A stretch of 63,839 nt of DNA, filler included, from an uncultured Clostridia bacterium (GTDB lineage: Bacteria > Aerophobota > Aerophobia > Aerophobales > B3-G15): the NCBI GenBank assembly GCA_964482715.1. It is 5 parts of 5 records of this genome, joined end to end, with 100 filler letters (N's around TTAATTAATTAA, not from the genome) between each part and the next. Parts side by side here need not be neighbours in the genome. Positions count along the whole stretch, not along the records: positions 14,832 to 28,422 come from CAYZYX010000039.1; positions 28,523 to 41,074 come from CAYZYX010000041.1; 3 more parts are not named here. One strand, written 5' to 3'. A program made the position numbers and the translations under genes. Below are positions 19,297 to 29,290 of the stretch, piece by piece; positions within the stretch are counted from its first letter, which is position 1; each line of letters opens with the position of its first letter. A model generated the notes under the pieces. The model worked only from the letters and a program-made list of their open reading frames with translations, made no database searches and was not told the origin of the DNA.

Positions 19297-19334
19297 AAAT
19301 AGAAGGGGAAGGTTTAAACCTTCCCCTTCTATTT
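19297..19334. terminator. perfect 38-bp palindrome, probable terminator of the Spy/CpxP-like gene
   Basis: AAATAGAAGGGGAAGGTTT-AAACCTTCCCCTTCTATTT overlapping the stop codon at 19333-19335. Confidence 0.75.
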
Positions 19335-19821
19335 ACCAGCAAGCCCGGGGAGAGAGACCTCTCCTCCCCAACCCAAAGCCTGCATAACCTCGACCCATAA
19401 AGGGAAGCTTTTGAAGCTGCTCTGGTGTTAAAATCTCTCTTAATTTAAAAAGATAATCCACCATCTTTTTGGTTATCTCACCTCTTATTTTAGCAATCTC
19501 ATCCAGGACGGCATAAATCTTTGCCTTATCAGGTGTATCTTCCAGCCAGAGTTTCTGAAGTTCTATTCTCTTTTTCATCATTTGATTTCTAAGATCCACA
19601 GTGTCCTCCTTAAAGGAAAGCCGGAGCTCGGCTATCTTTTTTTGCTGTTCTGGAGTAAGATTCACATTAGCCCAGTTTCTCCATTGCATATACCTTTCTT
19701 TCGGGGGAAAAGGTTTAGAAGTACAATCTCCCCTCCAGGCCCAGGAAATACCGGCCAGAGAGACTATCAGCACCCCTACAGTAAAAATAATCCATACTCT
19801 TTTTTTACCCATTTTACTCAC
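19333..19821 (-). CDS. Spy/CpxP/ZraP-family periplasmic chaperone
   Basis: Signal peptide; two LTxxQ motifs (NLTPEQQ, ILTPEQL); RBS AAGGAGG. Confidence 0.88.
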   Translation of the reverse strand: MSKMGKKRVWIIFTVGVLIVSLAGISWAWRGDCTSKPFPPKERYMQWRNWANVNLTPEQQKKIAELRLSFKEDTVDLRNQMMKKRIELQKLWLEDTPDKAKIYAVLDEIAKIRGEITKKMVDYLFKLREILTPEQLQKLPFMGRGYAGFGLGRRGLSPRACW

Positions 19822-19857
19822 CTATTATCCTCCTTCTTTAAATCTTTAGGTTATTTA

Positions 19858-19885
19858 TTAGACATGTATTTTTGGAAAAAGTTCC
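19858..19885 (-). promoter_or_regulatory. ECF sigma (RpoE/AlgU-like) promoter
   Basis: Minus strand GGAACTT-N16-TCTAA. Confidence 0.75.
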
Positions 19886-20069
19886 AATATCTAAAGATAG
19901 ACTTAAATCTCATAATCTGAAAGACTATCTGTGTTTTTTGTATTTTAATGCAAAAATTTCGTGGAAACTATACCTGCCAGAGTCTTTGAAGATCACCCTA
20001 AATTAATGGATTCATTTAAAAAGGATTGTTGGGTATTAAGATGAGGGCTGGTTCACAATATTCAGTAAA

Positions 20070-20255
20070 TGTTCTGGCCTTTATAAAACAAAGCCACTCT
20101 TTCGGTTTCTCGATCTTTCCTCTCCACCAGTAAATACTGGTTATAGGTTCTATTATCTGAACGCAACCGGCAAGTCTTTTTTTCTGTTAAAATACTATAT
20201 CTTCGGCCTCTTTTTTGTCTCTGTGGTAATGATAGTCTGGATACAAGCTGAACAT
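20070..20255 (-). pseudogene. cutA: CutA divalent-cation tolerance protein remnant
   Basis: Frameshifted pieces CIQTIITTETK/EAEDI/ILTEK/RLAGCVQIIEPITSIYWWRGKIEKPKEWLCFIK; the C-terminal HPYExP part is missing. Confidence 0.8.
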
Positions 20256-20312
20256 AGCTAAACCTTCTTAACTGAAATTAGATTTTATTTTTAAACGATG
20301 AAGCTAATCCTT

Positions 20313-21224
20313 TTACCTCATAAAATTTTCTACCTCGTTTTTATAAGGAAGGGAAGGTTGGGCTCCTGGCCTCGTAACCGAAATTGAAGCTGCATAATTT
20401 GCGTATTTCACAGCCTCCTCGAGATTTTTATCCTGAAATAAAGCCGTGGCAAAAGCTGCCACAAAAGAGTCTCCAGCTCCAGTTGTATCTTCCGGCCTGA
20501 CCGGAACAGCCGGAAAATGTTGAGTTTTTTCCTTTGTTACCAGAAGGGCTCCTCTTTCTCCCAGAGTAAGGACTGTAATTTGAACTCCCTCTTTTAAAAG
20601 CAGGTTTCCTGCTTTCTCTGCATCTTCCAGATTTTTTATTTGAACACCGGTGAGCCTTTCTGCTTCATCTTCATTGGGAACCAGAAGATCTATACTGGAA
20701 AAATCCCTCGAACTTAAGAAATTGGCTGGTGCCGGGTTTAAAAGAGTGCGGACACCCCACTTTTTAGCAAGCCTGAGTGTAAATCTCACCGTTTCAAGGG
20801 GTATCTCCATTTGTAAAATAACCATAAAAGCATCTTTTATTATTTCATGTGCCTTTTCCACATCATCACAGGATAAATTTCGATTTGAACCTCCTATAAC
20901 GGTAATAAAGTTCCTCCCTTTTTCGTCCACAGTAATTACAGCCATACCAGAGGGATTTTTTTCGTCCTGTACCACAAATTCTGTTTTCACACCTTCTTTT
21001 TCCAATTCACCCAGAATCCTATCTTTAAATGGATCATTCCCCACTTTACCTACAAAATACACAGGACATCCCAATCTTGCAATTCCCACAGCCTGATTGG
21101 CACCTTTTCCACCTATATGCCAGTAAAACCTGTTACCAAGAACTGTCTCCCCTATTTTTGGCATATGAGGAACTCTTAAAAAAATATCAACATTAACGCT
21201 TCCTACCACAACTAAATGTTTCAT
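20313..21224 (-). CDS. rbsK: ribokinase (PfkB family)
   Basis: VVGSVNVD, GGKGANQAV, LNPAPA, DTTGAGDSF. Confidence 0.9.
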   Translation of the reverse strand: MKHLVVVGSVNVDIFLRVPHMPKIGETVLGNRFYWHIGGKGANQAVGIARLGCPVYFVGKVGNDPFKDRILGELEKEGVKTEFVVQDEKNPSGMAVITVDEKGRNFITVIGGSNRNLSCDDVEKAHEIIKDAFMVILQMEIPLETVRFTLRLAKKWGVRTLLNPAPANFLSSRDFSSIDLLVPNEDEAERLTGVQIKNLEDAEKAGNLLLKEGVQITVLTLGERGALLVTKEKTQHFPAVPVRPEDTTGAGDSFVAAFATALFQDKNLEEAVKYANYAASISVTRPGAQPSLPYKNEVENFMR

Positions 21225-22262
21225 TCAACTCCTCTGAAAAAATTTCTTCACTCTCTGATATATTCTTTTGCTGTTAGGAATGGTGTAATCCTCAGCAACA
21301 GGAGAAAAAGGGACGGGAATATCAAGAGCAGCCACTCTCTCAACAGGAGCATCTAAAAAATCAAAAGCTTCTTCGTAAATTATGGAGGCAACTTCTGCTG
21401 TTACACCTGCTGTAAGATGGTCTTCACTTACCACAACCATCTTTCCAGTTTTTTTAACGGAATCAATAATCGTTTCTTTATCAAGAGGAACAAGAGACCT
21501 AAGGTCAATTACCTCGGCCTGAATACCTTCCTCATCGAGCTTTTCTGCAGCAAATAAACAATGATGTAGCATTAAACCAGTTGCTATCAAAGTAACATCC
21601 TGACCTTCCCTTTTTATATCTGCCTTCCCGATAGGAACAAGATAATCTTCTTCTGGAACATTATAAAGATCTTTTATCCTTCCAAAGCTTTTATCTTCGG
21701 GAAAATGGGAGATTTTCCTCCCATAGAGGAGCTTGTGCTCCAGAAATATCACAGGATTATCATCTCTTATAGCTGCTTTTAAAAGTCCCTTTGCTTCATA
21801 AGGAGTGCAAGGAAAAACTATTTTTAAACCTGGAGTATGCATAAACCAGGCTTCCAGACACTGAGCATGATGAGCTCCATGGGTATTTGCTCCCAGAGCA
21901 GTTCTTATCACTATTGGAACTTTCAGTTTACCACCTGAAAGAAATCTTATCTTTGCAGCCTGGTTTACTACCTGATCCATACAACAGGTAATAAAATCCA
22001 TATACATGATTTCGGCAACAGGTCGAAGTCCAGCAAGAGCTGCACCAACTGCTGCACCTATTATTGCTGTTTCAGATACAGGAGTTTCTCTTACTCTTTG
22101 AGGTCCAAACTCATCAATGAGGCCTTTGGTAACCTGAAACGAGCCACCAAAAAGGCCTATATTCTCACCTATAAGAAAAACATCTCTATCTTTTCGCATC
22201 TCCTCCTTAAGCCCCTGACGTAAAGCTTCCACAATGGTCATATTCGGCATACTGAACCTCAA
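21225..22262 (-). CDS. TPP-dependent 2-oxoacid/acetoin dehydrogenase E1 beta subunit
   Basis: RVRETPVSETAI, RPVAEIMYMDF, DQVVNQAAK, DNPVIFLEHK. Confidence 0.92.
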   Translation of the reverse strand: MRFSMPNMTIVEALRQGLKEEMRKDRDVFLIGENIGLFGGSFQVTKGLIDEFGPQRVRETPVSETAIIGAAVGAALAGLRPVAEIMYMDFITCCMDQVVNQAAKIRFLSGGKLKVPIVIRTALGANTHGAHHAQCLEAWFMHTPGLKIVFPCTPYEAKGLLKAAIRDDNPVIFLEHKLLYGRKISHFPEDKSFGRIKDLYNVPEEDYLVPIGKADIKREGQDVTLIATGLMLHHCLFAAEKLDEEGIQAEVIDLRSLVPLDKETIIDSVKKTGKMVVVSEDHLTAGVTAEVASIIYEEAFDFLDAPVERVAALDIPVPFSPVAEDYTIPNSKRIYQRVKKFFQRS

Positions 22263-23242
22263 GCAAAAAGATATCCTGCCATCTCATCAGGATCTGGCAC
22301 AGGACTTTTTCTGGCAAATTCAATAGCCTGATTTATCTGTTCTCCTACTTTTTCTTCAATTTTTTTTATATCTTCTTCTTTCGCTATATCCTCTTCCATT
22401 ATGTATTTTTTTAGTCTGAGTATAGGATCTTTTTTAAGCCAGCTATTTAGTTCTTCCTTAGCTCTGTAAATACCAGGATCAGAGCGAGAGTGTCCTTTAT
22501 AACGGTAAGTTACACACTCCAAAAAAGCAGGACCAAAACCGTTTCTTGCTCTTTCAACCGCCTTCTTGCAGGTAAAATATACCTCAATGACATTATTTCC
22601 ATCAACTGTTTCAGCTGGAATTCCATAACTTTTAGCTCTTTCGGACAAACGGGTTATTTTAGAAACCTCCTCAATAGGAGTGGAAACAGCATACCTGTTG
22701 TTCTCACAAACAAACACAACCGGGAGATCCCAGATAGAAGCAAGATTTATTGCCTCATGGACAGCTCCCTGATTTATGGCTCCCTCTCCAAAAAAAGATA
22801 CCACCACCTTTTTCTCATTTTTGTATTTTATCCCCAGAGCAAGGCCAACAGCCACAGGGACACCTGAACCTACAATACCGGTGGTTCCAAAAAATCCCTT
22901 CTCTGGATAGTAAATATGCATGGTCCCACCCATTCCTTTTGAACAACCAGTTCTTTTTCCCAAAATTTCGGCCATTATTTTATCAAGAGGAACACCCTTA
23001 GCTATACAGTGTCCATGTCCCCGGTGGGTACTGGTTACAGGATCATCCGGGCTTAAATTCTCACAAACTCCCACTGCAATAGCTTCCTGGCCATCATATT
23101 GATGAATTGTTCCGGGAACCTCTCCTGCCAGAAACATGAGATAGAGCTTTTCTTCAAAAAGGCGAATTTTATACATGCTTGAGTACATTTTCAAAATTTT
23201 ATCTTCAGAAATAGCCTCTTTGCCAGCTTGTAACCTGCTCAT
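22259..23242 (-). CDS. TPP-dependent 2-oxoacid/acetoin dehydrogenase E1 alpha subunit
   Basis: GQEA, STHRGHGH, GMGGTMH, FFGEGA...CENNRY (GEG variant of GDG), TYRYKGHS. Confidence 0.92.
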   Translation of the reverse strand: MSRLQAGKEAISEDKILKMYSSMYKIRLFEEKLYLMFLAGEVPGTIHQYDGQEAIAVGVCENLSPDDPVTSTHRGHGHCIAKGVPLDKIMAEILGKRTGCSKGMGGTMHIYYPEKGFFGTTGIVGSGVPVAVGLALGIKYKNEKKVVVSFFGEGAINQGAVHEAINLASIWDLPVVFVCENNRYAVSTPIEEVSKITRLSERAKSYGIPAETVDGNNVIEVYFTCKKAVERARNGFGPAFLECVTYRYKGHSRSDPGIYRAKEELNSWLKKDPILRLKKYIMEEDIAKEEDIKKIEEKVGEQINQAIEFARKSPVPDPDEMAGYLFA

Positions 23243-23910
23243 TCCTTCTCCTCTATGCCAATTACTCTGACCGGGGAAGCATCCAGTCCTTTTACTTTCC
23301 AGGGTAAAGCTATAAAGAAAAACCTTCTTCTGGTCAGTTTATCAAGACCGGTTAAGTGCTCGATTACCGGTATACCATTTTCAAACAACAGTCTGTGATT
23401 TGGCTGATCTTTAACACCTCTTATTTCAAATCCAGAGGCATCGGTGGCTAAACAGGCTATTTTCTTTTCCACCAGCCACTTCGCAGCTCTAAAAGAAAGA
23501 TAAGGTCGATCATGAGCCCTGGGAGTTCGATAAAACCGATCAAGTCCTGTCTTTATAATTACTATATCATTTTCTTTTACATCATTTCCTTCTTTCTCTA
23601 ACTCTTCTCTTTCAATTGCCTCACCTGGTTTCTTATGAGAGAAATCAAGAACCACCGCTTCACCCATTAATCTGGAAAGAGGAATTTCAGAGACATCGCT
23701 ACCATCTTTTAGGTAGTGATAGGGAGACTCAACGTGAGTTCCAACATGCGACCATAAAGTAACCTCACTCATTATATACCAGTCTTCTTTTTTGCGGTGA
23801 TATCCAGATAAAAACTCCTCCACAAATTTATTTTTAACCTCAAGCTTATATTCTTCCTTGCCTGGTAAAAGTGTGTGAGAAAGTTCAACTATTTTTTTTC
23901 CTTTAATCAT
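23239..23910 (-). CDS. cyclase-family (kynurenine formamidase-like) metal-dependent hydrolase
   Basis: HVGTHVESPYH motif, IEHLTGL, GLDASPVRV; ATG at 23910 overlaps the upstream TGA. Confidence 0.9.
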   Translation of the reverse strand: MIKGKKIVELSHTLLPGKEEYKLEVKNKFVEEFLSGYHRKKEDWYIMSEVTLWSHVGTHVESPYHYLKDGSDVSEIPLSRLMGEAVVLDFSHKKPGEAIEREELEKEGNDVKENDIVIIKTGLDRFYRTPRAHDRPYLSFRAAKWLVEKKIACLATDASGFEIRGVKDQPNHRLLFENGIPVIEHLTGLDKLTRRRFFFIALPWKVKGLDASPVRVIGIEEKE

Positions 23911-24686
23911 CAATGATTCTCCATCCCACCATTCACATTGATAGCCTGTCCGGTAAGATAATCTGCATCTTTGGAAGCCAGAAAAGCTACAACTCCTGCT
24001 ACATCCTCGGGCTGACAAAGCCGACCCAGAGGAATTTCAGCAAGATACTCATCTCTGACTTCTTCCGGAGTTATCCCTCTTATTTCTGCTTCCCACTTCC
24101 ATTCCCTTCTAATCATATCAGTTTCCACTATCCCCGGACAAACTGCATTTACAGTTATATTATAGGGGGCAAGCTCCAATGCCATGGTATAAGTAAGACC
24201 CAGGACTGCGAACTTGGAAGCACTGTAATGGGCAAGAAAGCGGGCTCCTCTTTTTGCAGCAAGAGAAGCATTGTTGATTATCTTGCCAGATTTTTGCTTG
24301 ATCATCTGTTTTGCTACTGCTCTGCTGCATAAAAATTGACCCTTGGCATTTATATCCATATTGAAATCCCAGTCTCTTTCAGTAAGTTCAACCATGGGAG
24401 CCATAGAAGAAACCCCGGCATTGTTGACCAGTATATCTATTCGACCGAATTCCTGGACAGTTTTTTCCACCATTTGTTCAACATCTTCGAAATTGCTAAC
24501 ATTACATTTAACCACAAGGCATTTTCTACCCATATCTCTTATCATTTTGGCAACCTTTTCTCCTCCTTCTGGATCAATATCAGCTATAACTATGTTAGCA
24601 CCTTCTTTTGCCAGACGTAAAGAAATTGCTTTACCTATACCCTTACTTCCTCCAGTTACTATAGCTATCTTATCAGCAAGCGTCAT
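23910..24686 (-). CDS. short-chain dehydrogenase/reductase (acetoin/polyol dehydrogenase-like)
   Basis: TGGSKGIG, VNNAG, YSASK, VNAVCPG. Confidence 0.92.
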   Translation of the reverse strand: MTLADKIAIVTGGSKGIGKAISLRLAKEGANIVIADIDPEGGEKVAKMIRDMGRKCLVVKCNVSNFEDVEQMVEKTVQEFGRIDILVNNAGVSSMAPMVELTERDWDFNMDINAKGQFLCSRAVAKQMIKQKSGKIINNASLAAKRGARFLAHYSASKFAVLGLTYTMALELAPYNITVNAVCPGIVETDMIRREWKWEAEIRGITPEEVRDEYLAEIPLGRLCQPEDVAGVVAFLASKDADYLTGQAINVNGGMENH

Positions 24687-24746
24687 TCTCTTATCCTCCC
24701 TTTTAAATTTAGCCGGATTTTTAGATTATGGTTATTTATATTTGAT

Positions 24747-26093
24747 TCATTCAGTATATCCGCACCAATCCATAGCCATAAAAGCAAATGTTTTTGCGCA
24801 TTCAATCACTTGATTTACAGGAACAAACTCATCAGGGCCATGTATCCCTGATCCAAGACTTCCTGGACCAAAAAGAACAGTGGGAATCCCGGCCTGAGAC
24901 AGAAATGTTGAATCTGCTACAGCTTTAAATCCACTTATTACAGGTTCCTTACCAGATACCTCTCTGTATGCTTTTAACAGACTTTTTACTCCTGGATGGT
25001 CAACCGGAACTTCTTTCATGGGTTCCCAGCGCTGCAGGATAGGCGCGTTAAATTTAGGTGGATTTTCCCTGAGCCAATCATCAGTGGAGGCAAGAGCGTC
25101 GACATGTCTTTTGAGTTCTTCCCAGACCTCTTTATCGGTAACCCAATCAGGGTACCATACACAGTAAGTTATCTTGCAATATCCGGGAACAGCTCCAAGA
25201 TAAGTTCCACCTTCAATAAAGGAGGGATTTATGGTAAAAACTCCGATACCCTGCTGATCTTCAGGATGAGGATATCCTCCTCCCCCCAAAATTCTATCTC
25301 GCCAGCGCTGATTAAATTGAACCTCCAATTTTTGAAAAAGTTCTATAAAAGGGGTAGCTTTAGCAATTGCATCTACCCCTACTTCCTTACCACAGGGAAT
25401 TCCGTATCGCTGAGGAAAAATAACCTGATTGCGGGCACTTGTATGAGCTTCTTTTCCCTCAATGATCAATTCAAAGAAAAAAACCCCCGGTGATTTGACA
25501 TGAATCTCACAATCTGTGGGTTCTGAAACAACAGCGAAGGGAGCTTTATAACCCCTGTCCACAGTCGCCCTGGCACCTATAGTTCTTCCTTCTACGGATT
25601 CTTCACCAACTACTGACTCTACATAGAGATCCCCCTTAAGATTAATACCATTATCTATAAGAGCTTTGGCAGCCCAGATCATGGAGGTGAGTCCCCCTTT
25701 CATATCACTGGCTCCTCTGCCATAAACACAACCATTTTCAACCACTGCTTTCCAGGGGTCCTTTGTCCAGCGTTTTAACTCATTTTCGCTAACGGGAACA
25801 ACGTCACAGTGTCCGTTATAAATTAAAGCTTTGCCTCCACCTTTACCTTTACCTTTAATAGTGCCCACAACGTTGGGTCTTTTTTTCTCCTCATCTACCG
25901 CCCAAAAGTCAACCTTATCAAAGCCAAATTCTTCCAGCTTCTCTTTGACCCATTTTTGAGCATCCAGTTCCTGACCTTTGCCAGGAATACCGGGATTCAC
26001 CGACTTAAAACCAATAAAATCGCAGAGAAACTGTATGATCTCATTTTGATGAACATCTATGTACTTTGCCACTTTTTGTTTTTGAGACTCCAT
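24747..26093 (-). CDS. M20 ArgE/DapE-family amidohydrolase (YodQ/YlmB-like subgroup)
   Basis: NGHCDVV, YGRGASDMKGG, VVGEE, TINP..IEGG, DDWLRENPP, HGPDEFV. Confidence 0.88.
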   Translation of the reverse strand: MESQKQKVAKYIDVHQNEIIQFLCDFIGFKSVNPGIPGKGQELDAQKWVKEKLEEFGFDKVDFWAVDEEKKRPNVVGTIKGKGKGGGKALIYNGHCDVVPVSENELKRWTKDPWKAVVENGCVYGRGASDMKGGLTSMIWAAKALIDNGINLKGDLYVESVVGEESVEGRTIGARATVDRGYKAPFAVVSEPTDCEIHVKSPGVFFFELIIEGKEAHTSARNQVIFPQRYGIPCGKEVGVDAIAKATPFIELFQKLEVQFNQRWRDRILGGGGYPHPEDQQGIGVFTINPSFIEGGTYLGAVPGYCKITYCVWYPDWVTDKEVWEELKRHVDALASTDDWLRENPPKFNAPILQRWEPMKEVPVDHPGVKSLLKAYREVSGKEPVISGFKAVADSTFLSQAGIPTVLFGPGSLGSGIHGPDEFVPVNQVIECAKTFAFMAMDWCGYTE

Positions 26094-26130
26094 AAATATC
26101 CTCCTTTATCTGTTTATATCTATGCTGTTA

Positions 26131-27012
26131 TTATTCTTTAACAGCTCCATAGGTAAGCCCTCTTACCAGATATCTTTGAGCAGCAATTGCTAAGACAAGA
26201 GGTGGAATAGAACCTGCTAATCCAAAAGCAGCCATGGGTCCCCACTGAATCCCTTTCACACCCAAAAATGCTGAGACCTGAACCGGAAATGTCTGTGCTT
26301 TAACTCTGGTTAGAATAAGAGCGAATAGAAATTCATTCCAGGAGAAGATGAAGCAAAAAATAGCCGTTACAATTATTCCCGGAATGAGAAGAGGTAAAAT
26401 AATTTTTGCCAATGCACCTAAATGACTGCACCCATCAACCATGGCACATTCATCAAGCTCTCGCGGAATTTCCGTAAAAAATCCTCTCAACATCCAGACT
26501 GAAAAGGGTAAATTAAAAACAAGGTAGGCTAAAATAAGAGCAATCTGAGTATCAACCAGTCGGAATCTGTTCATCATTATGAAAATGGGCAGGATAACCG
26601 TTGCCGGTGGAAACATTTTTGTAGAAAGAAGCCAGAAGGCTAGAGTATCTCTTCCTTTAAATCTTAGTCTGGCAAAGGCATAAGCAGCTAAAAGACCAAT
26701 CCCTATAGCAAGACCTGTTGATAACAAAGTTACGATGATGCTATTTTTTATCCCTACCCAGCCTGTTACACTCAACATCTCCCTTGCCACACCAGCTTTT
26801 TGATATAAAGAACCTGTTTCGGGGAAAAACACTCCTTTATAATTGGATAAAGTAGGTTTTGTCGGAATAAAGATGGGAACTCGAGTTGTAATCTCTCCTG
26901 CTGGCTTTATGGAAGTTACCACTAACCAAAAAATGGGAAGTAAGGTAAGAATCATTACCACAGCTATAATAATGAAATTACCCGTTAAAAAAGCCAACTT
27001 TTTTATCTTCAT
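26131..27012 (-). CDS. carbohydrate (CUT1) ABC permease, MalG-like
   Basis: AAYAFARL, IPRELDECAMVDG EAA loop, FIFSWNEF. Confidence 0.93.
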   Translation of the reverse strand: MKIKKLAFLTGNFIIIAVVMILTLLPIFWLVVTSIKPAGEITTRVPIFIPTKPTLSNYKGVFFPETGSLYQKAGVAREMLSVTGWVGIKNSIIVTLLSTGLAIGIGLLAAYAFARLRFKGRDTLAFWLLSTKMFPPATVILPIFIMMNRFRLVDTQIALILAYLVFNLPFSVWMLRGFFTEIPRELDECAMVDGCSHLGALAKIILPLLIPGIIVTAIFCFIFSWNEFLFALILTRVKAQTFPVQVSAFLGVKGIQWGPMAAFGLAGSIPPLVLAIAAQRYLVRGLTYGAVKE

Positions 27013-27021
27013 AATTGTAAC

Positions 27022-27921
27022 CTATTTTGTGGTAACAAAAAGTGATCTCAAAAGAAATGTTGCTATTGTGGAAACGATAATAAGAAGTATGTAAGATAGT
27101 GCAGCTGCATATCCCATATCAAAGTACCTGAAGGCTTTATAGTAAATATACATGGGAATATTTTCTGTGGTTAAGCCGGGACCTCCCTGAGTTAGAACCC
27201 ATATCTTATCGAAAAGCTTAAAGGCATCTATTGTCCTGAGAAGCAAAGCGATGGTTATTATATTTTTAAGCAGAGGAAAAGTTATGTAAATAAATATCTG
27301 AGATGTGGAAGCTCCATCGAGCTGCGCTGCCTCATAGGGTTCCTTCGGCAAAGACATTATGCCACCAAGTAAAATTAAAAAGATGAGTGGAGTCCATTGC
27401 CATATGTCAGCAATAATAATGGAATATAAAGCTACAGAAGGGTCACCAAGCCAATCAATTCCCTCGCTTATATGAAAAGAACGGAGAAAAAAGTTCAATA
27501 AACCATAACTTGTGTGATAAAGCAATCTCCACACCATACCCACAACAACAGGCACAATCATCATTGGAACAAGCAAGACAACAGAGAAAATCTTTCTACC
27601 AGGAATCTCACGGGTTAAAAGAAGGGCAAGACCTATTCCTATAAGGAATTCAACTCCAACAGCAAGCCCTACCATAAGGAAAGTATTGCTCAGTGTCTTC
27701 CAGAACCTTTCGTCTTCGGTAAAGATAGATATATAGTTATCCAGCCCCACCCATGCTTTCCCCAGGTAAGCCATGGTTAAATTCCAGCTGAAAAAGCTAA
27801 GCGAAAGCGAGTATATTAGAGGAAAAACTACGAGGAAGAGAACCACGGCAAAACAGGGAAGTAAAAACCAAACGTGTAAAAATTTGGCTCTTCTCATCCC
27901 ACAAAACCTACTTTTTATCAA
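27022..27921 (-). CDS. carbohydrate (CUT1) ABC permease, MalF-like
   Basis: VGLDNY, DIWQWTP, PYEAAQLDGAS, LTQGGPG. Confidence 0.93.
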   Translation of the reverse strand: MIKSRFCGMRRAKFLHVWFLLPCFAVVLFLVVFPLIYSLSLSFFSWNLTMAYLGKAWVGLDNYISIFTEDERFWKTLSNTFLMVGLAVGVEFLIGIGLALLLTREIPGRKIFSVVLLVPMMIVPVVVGMVWRLLYHTSYGLLNFFLRSFHISEGIDWLGDPSVALYSIIIADIWQWTPLIFLILLGGIMSLPKEPYEAAQLDGASTSQIFIYITFPLLKNIITIALLLRTIDAFKLFDKIWVLTQGGPGLTTENIPMYIYYKAFRYFDMGYAAALSYILLIIVSTIATFLLRSLFVTTK

Positions 27922-27936
27922 TACCCCATTTCTCCA

Positions 27937-27974
27937 CGGGCTTCAGGAATCTTCATTGCAGACCCTGAAGCCCG
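27937..27974 (-). promoter_or_regulatory. intercistronic hairpin after the solute-binding-protein gene
   Basis: 11-bp perfect stem CGGGCTTCAGG/CCTGAAGCCCG with 16-nt loop and no following U-tract on the minus strand; likely mRNA stabiliser. Confidence 0.6.
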
Positions 27975-28000
27975 AACCTTTTTAATAATTTGTTTTTACA

Positions 28001-28422
28001 TTATAAAGCAGGCAGCCCCAGCATTTCACGGTACTCTTTTAATTGATTCTTTTTACCTCTTCTCTCGGTGATTTTCTTCCAGGCTTTGGCTGCATCATTT
28101 AAAGCCTGCTCAGGAGTCTTCTTCCCTGCCAGAGCTTCTCCAACCTCTACAGCTAAAGCATCGTAATAACTGAAACCGCCGGGTATGCGAAGGTCAGATA
28201 CACCATGAGCCATACTCTTCTGGATAGCCTGTAACCATTCCGGAGAGGCAGGGGTAAAATTCATTAAAGCTGGATGAGTAAATTCTGATTCTCTCCAGGG
28301 TTCATAGCCTAAAGAGCCTACTTTGGGATCACCCTTATGAAAAACGGTAGCCATAATTTCAGGGGAAGTTACATAGCGCAGAAACTGATAGGCAGCTTCG
28401 GGATTTTTGGAGTCTGTAGAGA
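28001..28422 (-). CDS. extracellular sugar solute-binding protein, C-terminal part (5' end lost at contig end)
   Basis: Frame is open to the gap: SKNPEAAYQFLRYVTSPE...ALAGKKTPEQALNDAAKAW. Confidence 0.88.
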
Positions 28423-28522
28423 NNNNNNNNNNNNNNNNNNNNNNNNNNNNNNNNNNNNNNNNNNNNTTAATTAATTAANNNNNNNNNNNNNNNNNNNNNN
28501 NNNNNNNNNNNNNNNNNNNNNN
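28423..28522. other. artificial contig linker
   Basis: 44 N + TTAATTAATTAA + 44 N. Confidence 0.98.
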
Positions 28523-28606
28523 GAATATTAGAAGTTATTCTTGCCTTTTTATGAGTCGGTAGTAGAATTAAGAAGAATTCTTACATGGACATTTAAGAAG
28601 ACAAAA

Positions 28607-29290
28607 ATGAGTAAACTGATAGCTGTTGTTGAGGATGAACCAGATATTGCCCGGCTTTTATCTATTCAACTCAATAAAGCGGGGTTCAAAGTCATGATTT
28701 TTTTAAATGCCGAGAGTTTTCTCAGGTTTCTGAATGAGAAAATACCTGATCTTTTAATTCTCGATCTCATGTTGCCTGATGCTGATGGACTGGAAATTTG
28801 TAAGTTTTTAAAAAATAATGAGACACTATCTGCGATTCCCATAATAATCCTTACCGCAAAGAGCGAGGAAGTAGATAAAGTGTTAGGTCTGGAATTGGGG
28901 GCTGACGATTATGTGACCAAGCCTTTTTCGGTTAAAGAAGTGATTGCGCGGGTAAAAGCAGTGTTGAGGAGAAAAGAAGGGCAACATCATTTTGCTGGAA
29001 AGATCCAGATTGGCGATCTTCTGGAAATAGACCCAAAAAAATATGAAACTTTTGTTGAGGGCAAAAAGGTTAGTCTAACCACTACCGAGTTTAAAATTTT
29101 GAGATTACTTTCTTCTCGAAAGGGGTGGGTTTTTTCCCGATACGAGATTTTGGATTATCTGTGGGAGGGAGAAAAGATTGTCTCCGATAGAACCGTAGAT
29201 GTTCATGTTAAAAATTTAAGAGATAAGCTGGGTAAAGCAGCAAAATTTATAAAGTGTGTGAGAGGTGTAGGGTATAAGTTAGAGGAATGA
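28607..29290 (+). CDS. phoB: PhoB/PhoP-type OmpR-family response regulator
   Basis: VVEDE, LILDLMLP, GADDYVTKPF, wHTH RTVDVHVKNLRDKL; upstream of phoR-pst. Confidence 0.88.
   Translation: MSKLIAVVEDEPDIARLLSIQLNKAGFKVMIFLNAESFLRFLNEKIPDLLILDLMLPDADGLEICKFLKNNETLSAIPIIILTAKSEEVDKVLGLELGADDYVTKPFSVKEVIARVKAVLRRKEGQHHFAGKIQIGDLLEIDPKKYETFVEGKKVSLTTTEFKILRLLSSRKGWVFSRYEILDYLWEGEKIVSDRTVDVHVKNLRDKLGKAAKFIKCVRGVGYKLEE

Noticed and set aside
23913-24018. Cys-rich N-terminal extension of the cyclase ORF
   Set aside because: Overlaps the SDR gene in another frame; the true start is the ATG at 23910
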